Shown: one piece after another, positions 62,949 to 64,000 of the stretch
Numbering within the stretch: the first letter of the stretch is position 1
How the letters are laid out: the number at the start of each line of letters is the position of its first letter
NCBI RefSeq assembly: GCF_009914755.1
Contig: NC_060925.1
Source: the human T2T-CHM13v2.0 reference genome, Homo sapiens
Strand: one strand, 5' to 3'
DNA length: 64,000 nucleotides
The notes under the pieces: model-generated
Seen by the model: the letters and a program-made list of their open reading frames with translations, nothing else
The model's database searches: none
What the model was told of the DNA's origin: nothing
Program-made: the position numbers and the translations under genes

Positions 62949-64000
62949 CTTTGCAGACTAGATATTCTCCATGGACCCTTCCAGCTCTATGACATTGTCA
63001 TTCCATGGCTCTCATCCTGCTTAAGGAATAATTAACTCGTTTGCAGAAGTAGGAAATCATGAAACGCCTTGCACGTACCATCTTGGAACTTTTTTGTCAG
63101 GTGACTTCAAATGATTTTACTAATATTAACCTATTAGTTCCTGAATCTCTGCCCACCAGATAGGTCATAATTGGTTCTGCATTTGCTATTTATATGAGGA
63201 AATTGAGTCACAGGAAGAAAGGAGGATGTTTTAGGCTTTTGGAAGTGTTCTCTATGTACTGTATCTTATTAGATCCCCTTTTTCCATCTCCTTTGAAAGG
63301 GGATGAGCTCTAAGGAAGGGTAGGATTCTGTGGGAGGGGTGCTTGGGAGTGGCTGGGGAAAACCTCCTGGGAAGACCAACATGACTGAGACATCCTACAT
63401 AATAGCAAAGGTTGGAGAGGATATTAACAGAGGACTATCACTAAGAGGGAGCAAGTTACTATAAAACATGTGACATGTTATTGTAAAAATAATTATGACA
63501 CAACAATAGCTACCATTTGTTGAGCAGTCACTCTGAAGGCAATGTGCTAAGAACTAGATTTGTTTCTTCACTTAATTCTCAGGACAACCCTATGAGGTAA
63601 GCATAATCACCCCCATTTGATAGAAAAGGAAATTAAGGCCTAGAAAGAAAAACTCACCCAAGGCCAGAGAGTCTCCATAATATTCACCTTAATCTATAAA
63701 TAGAGTACATGGCATTTATGAGATGGAGGGAAAGGAAGGTCTCACATTTCTACTCATTAATTCCAGTAAGATTGCATGTGCCAGGTCACAAAGAAAACAT
63801 GTAGGTAGAAGGCAAATCTTGGGAATTTGGTTGGCAGAGTTTCCTGGGAACGCTGATGTAAGTGGAAGAGGCCACCAGTAGTCAGAACTAGGCAAGGGGT
63901 GGAGGCCAGTGTTAGCTGCTTCTTCCTGCTTCCATAATCTGTTCCCAACCTGGCTACCCTCTGATCAAGCCTAATCATGGTGGAAAGACCCTGAAGGAGA

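Overview
Human-type (primate, Alu-dense) genomic DNA. The only protein-coding feature is the first coding exon of PGBD5, the domesticated piggyBac-like transposase, on the minus strand (ATG 34266, splice donor after 33936) inside a CpG-island promoter. Bases 1-33935 are intron 1 and bases above about 34700 are upstream sequence. The rest is mostly repeats (Alu, L1, L2, MaLR/ERV1 LTRs, Tigger and hAT DNA transposons) plus a 1.4 kb C/T-rich minisatellite. Best leads: (1) an extended-spacer RE1/REST site upstream of the promoter; (2) an exon 1 that is stop-free in all three frames, with an interrupted (GGY)14 5'UTR repeat and an in-frame Kozak GTG that could add a 128-aa Arg/Trp-containing extension; (3) two still-readable fossil hAT transposases; (4) several local templated copies, both direct and inverted; (5) a young AluYd insertion. 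I found no convincing new multi-gene system. Gene and repeat-family names come from recall of known sequences, not from a database search, and repeat boundaries are approximate.
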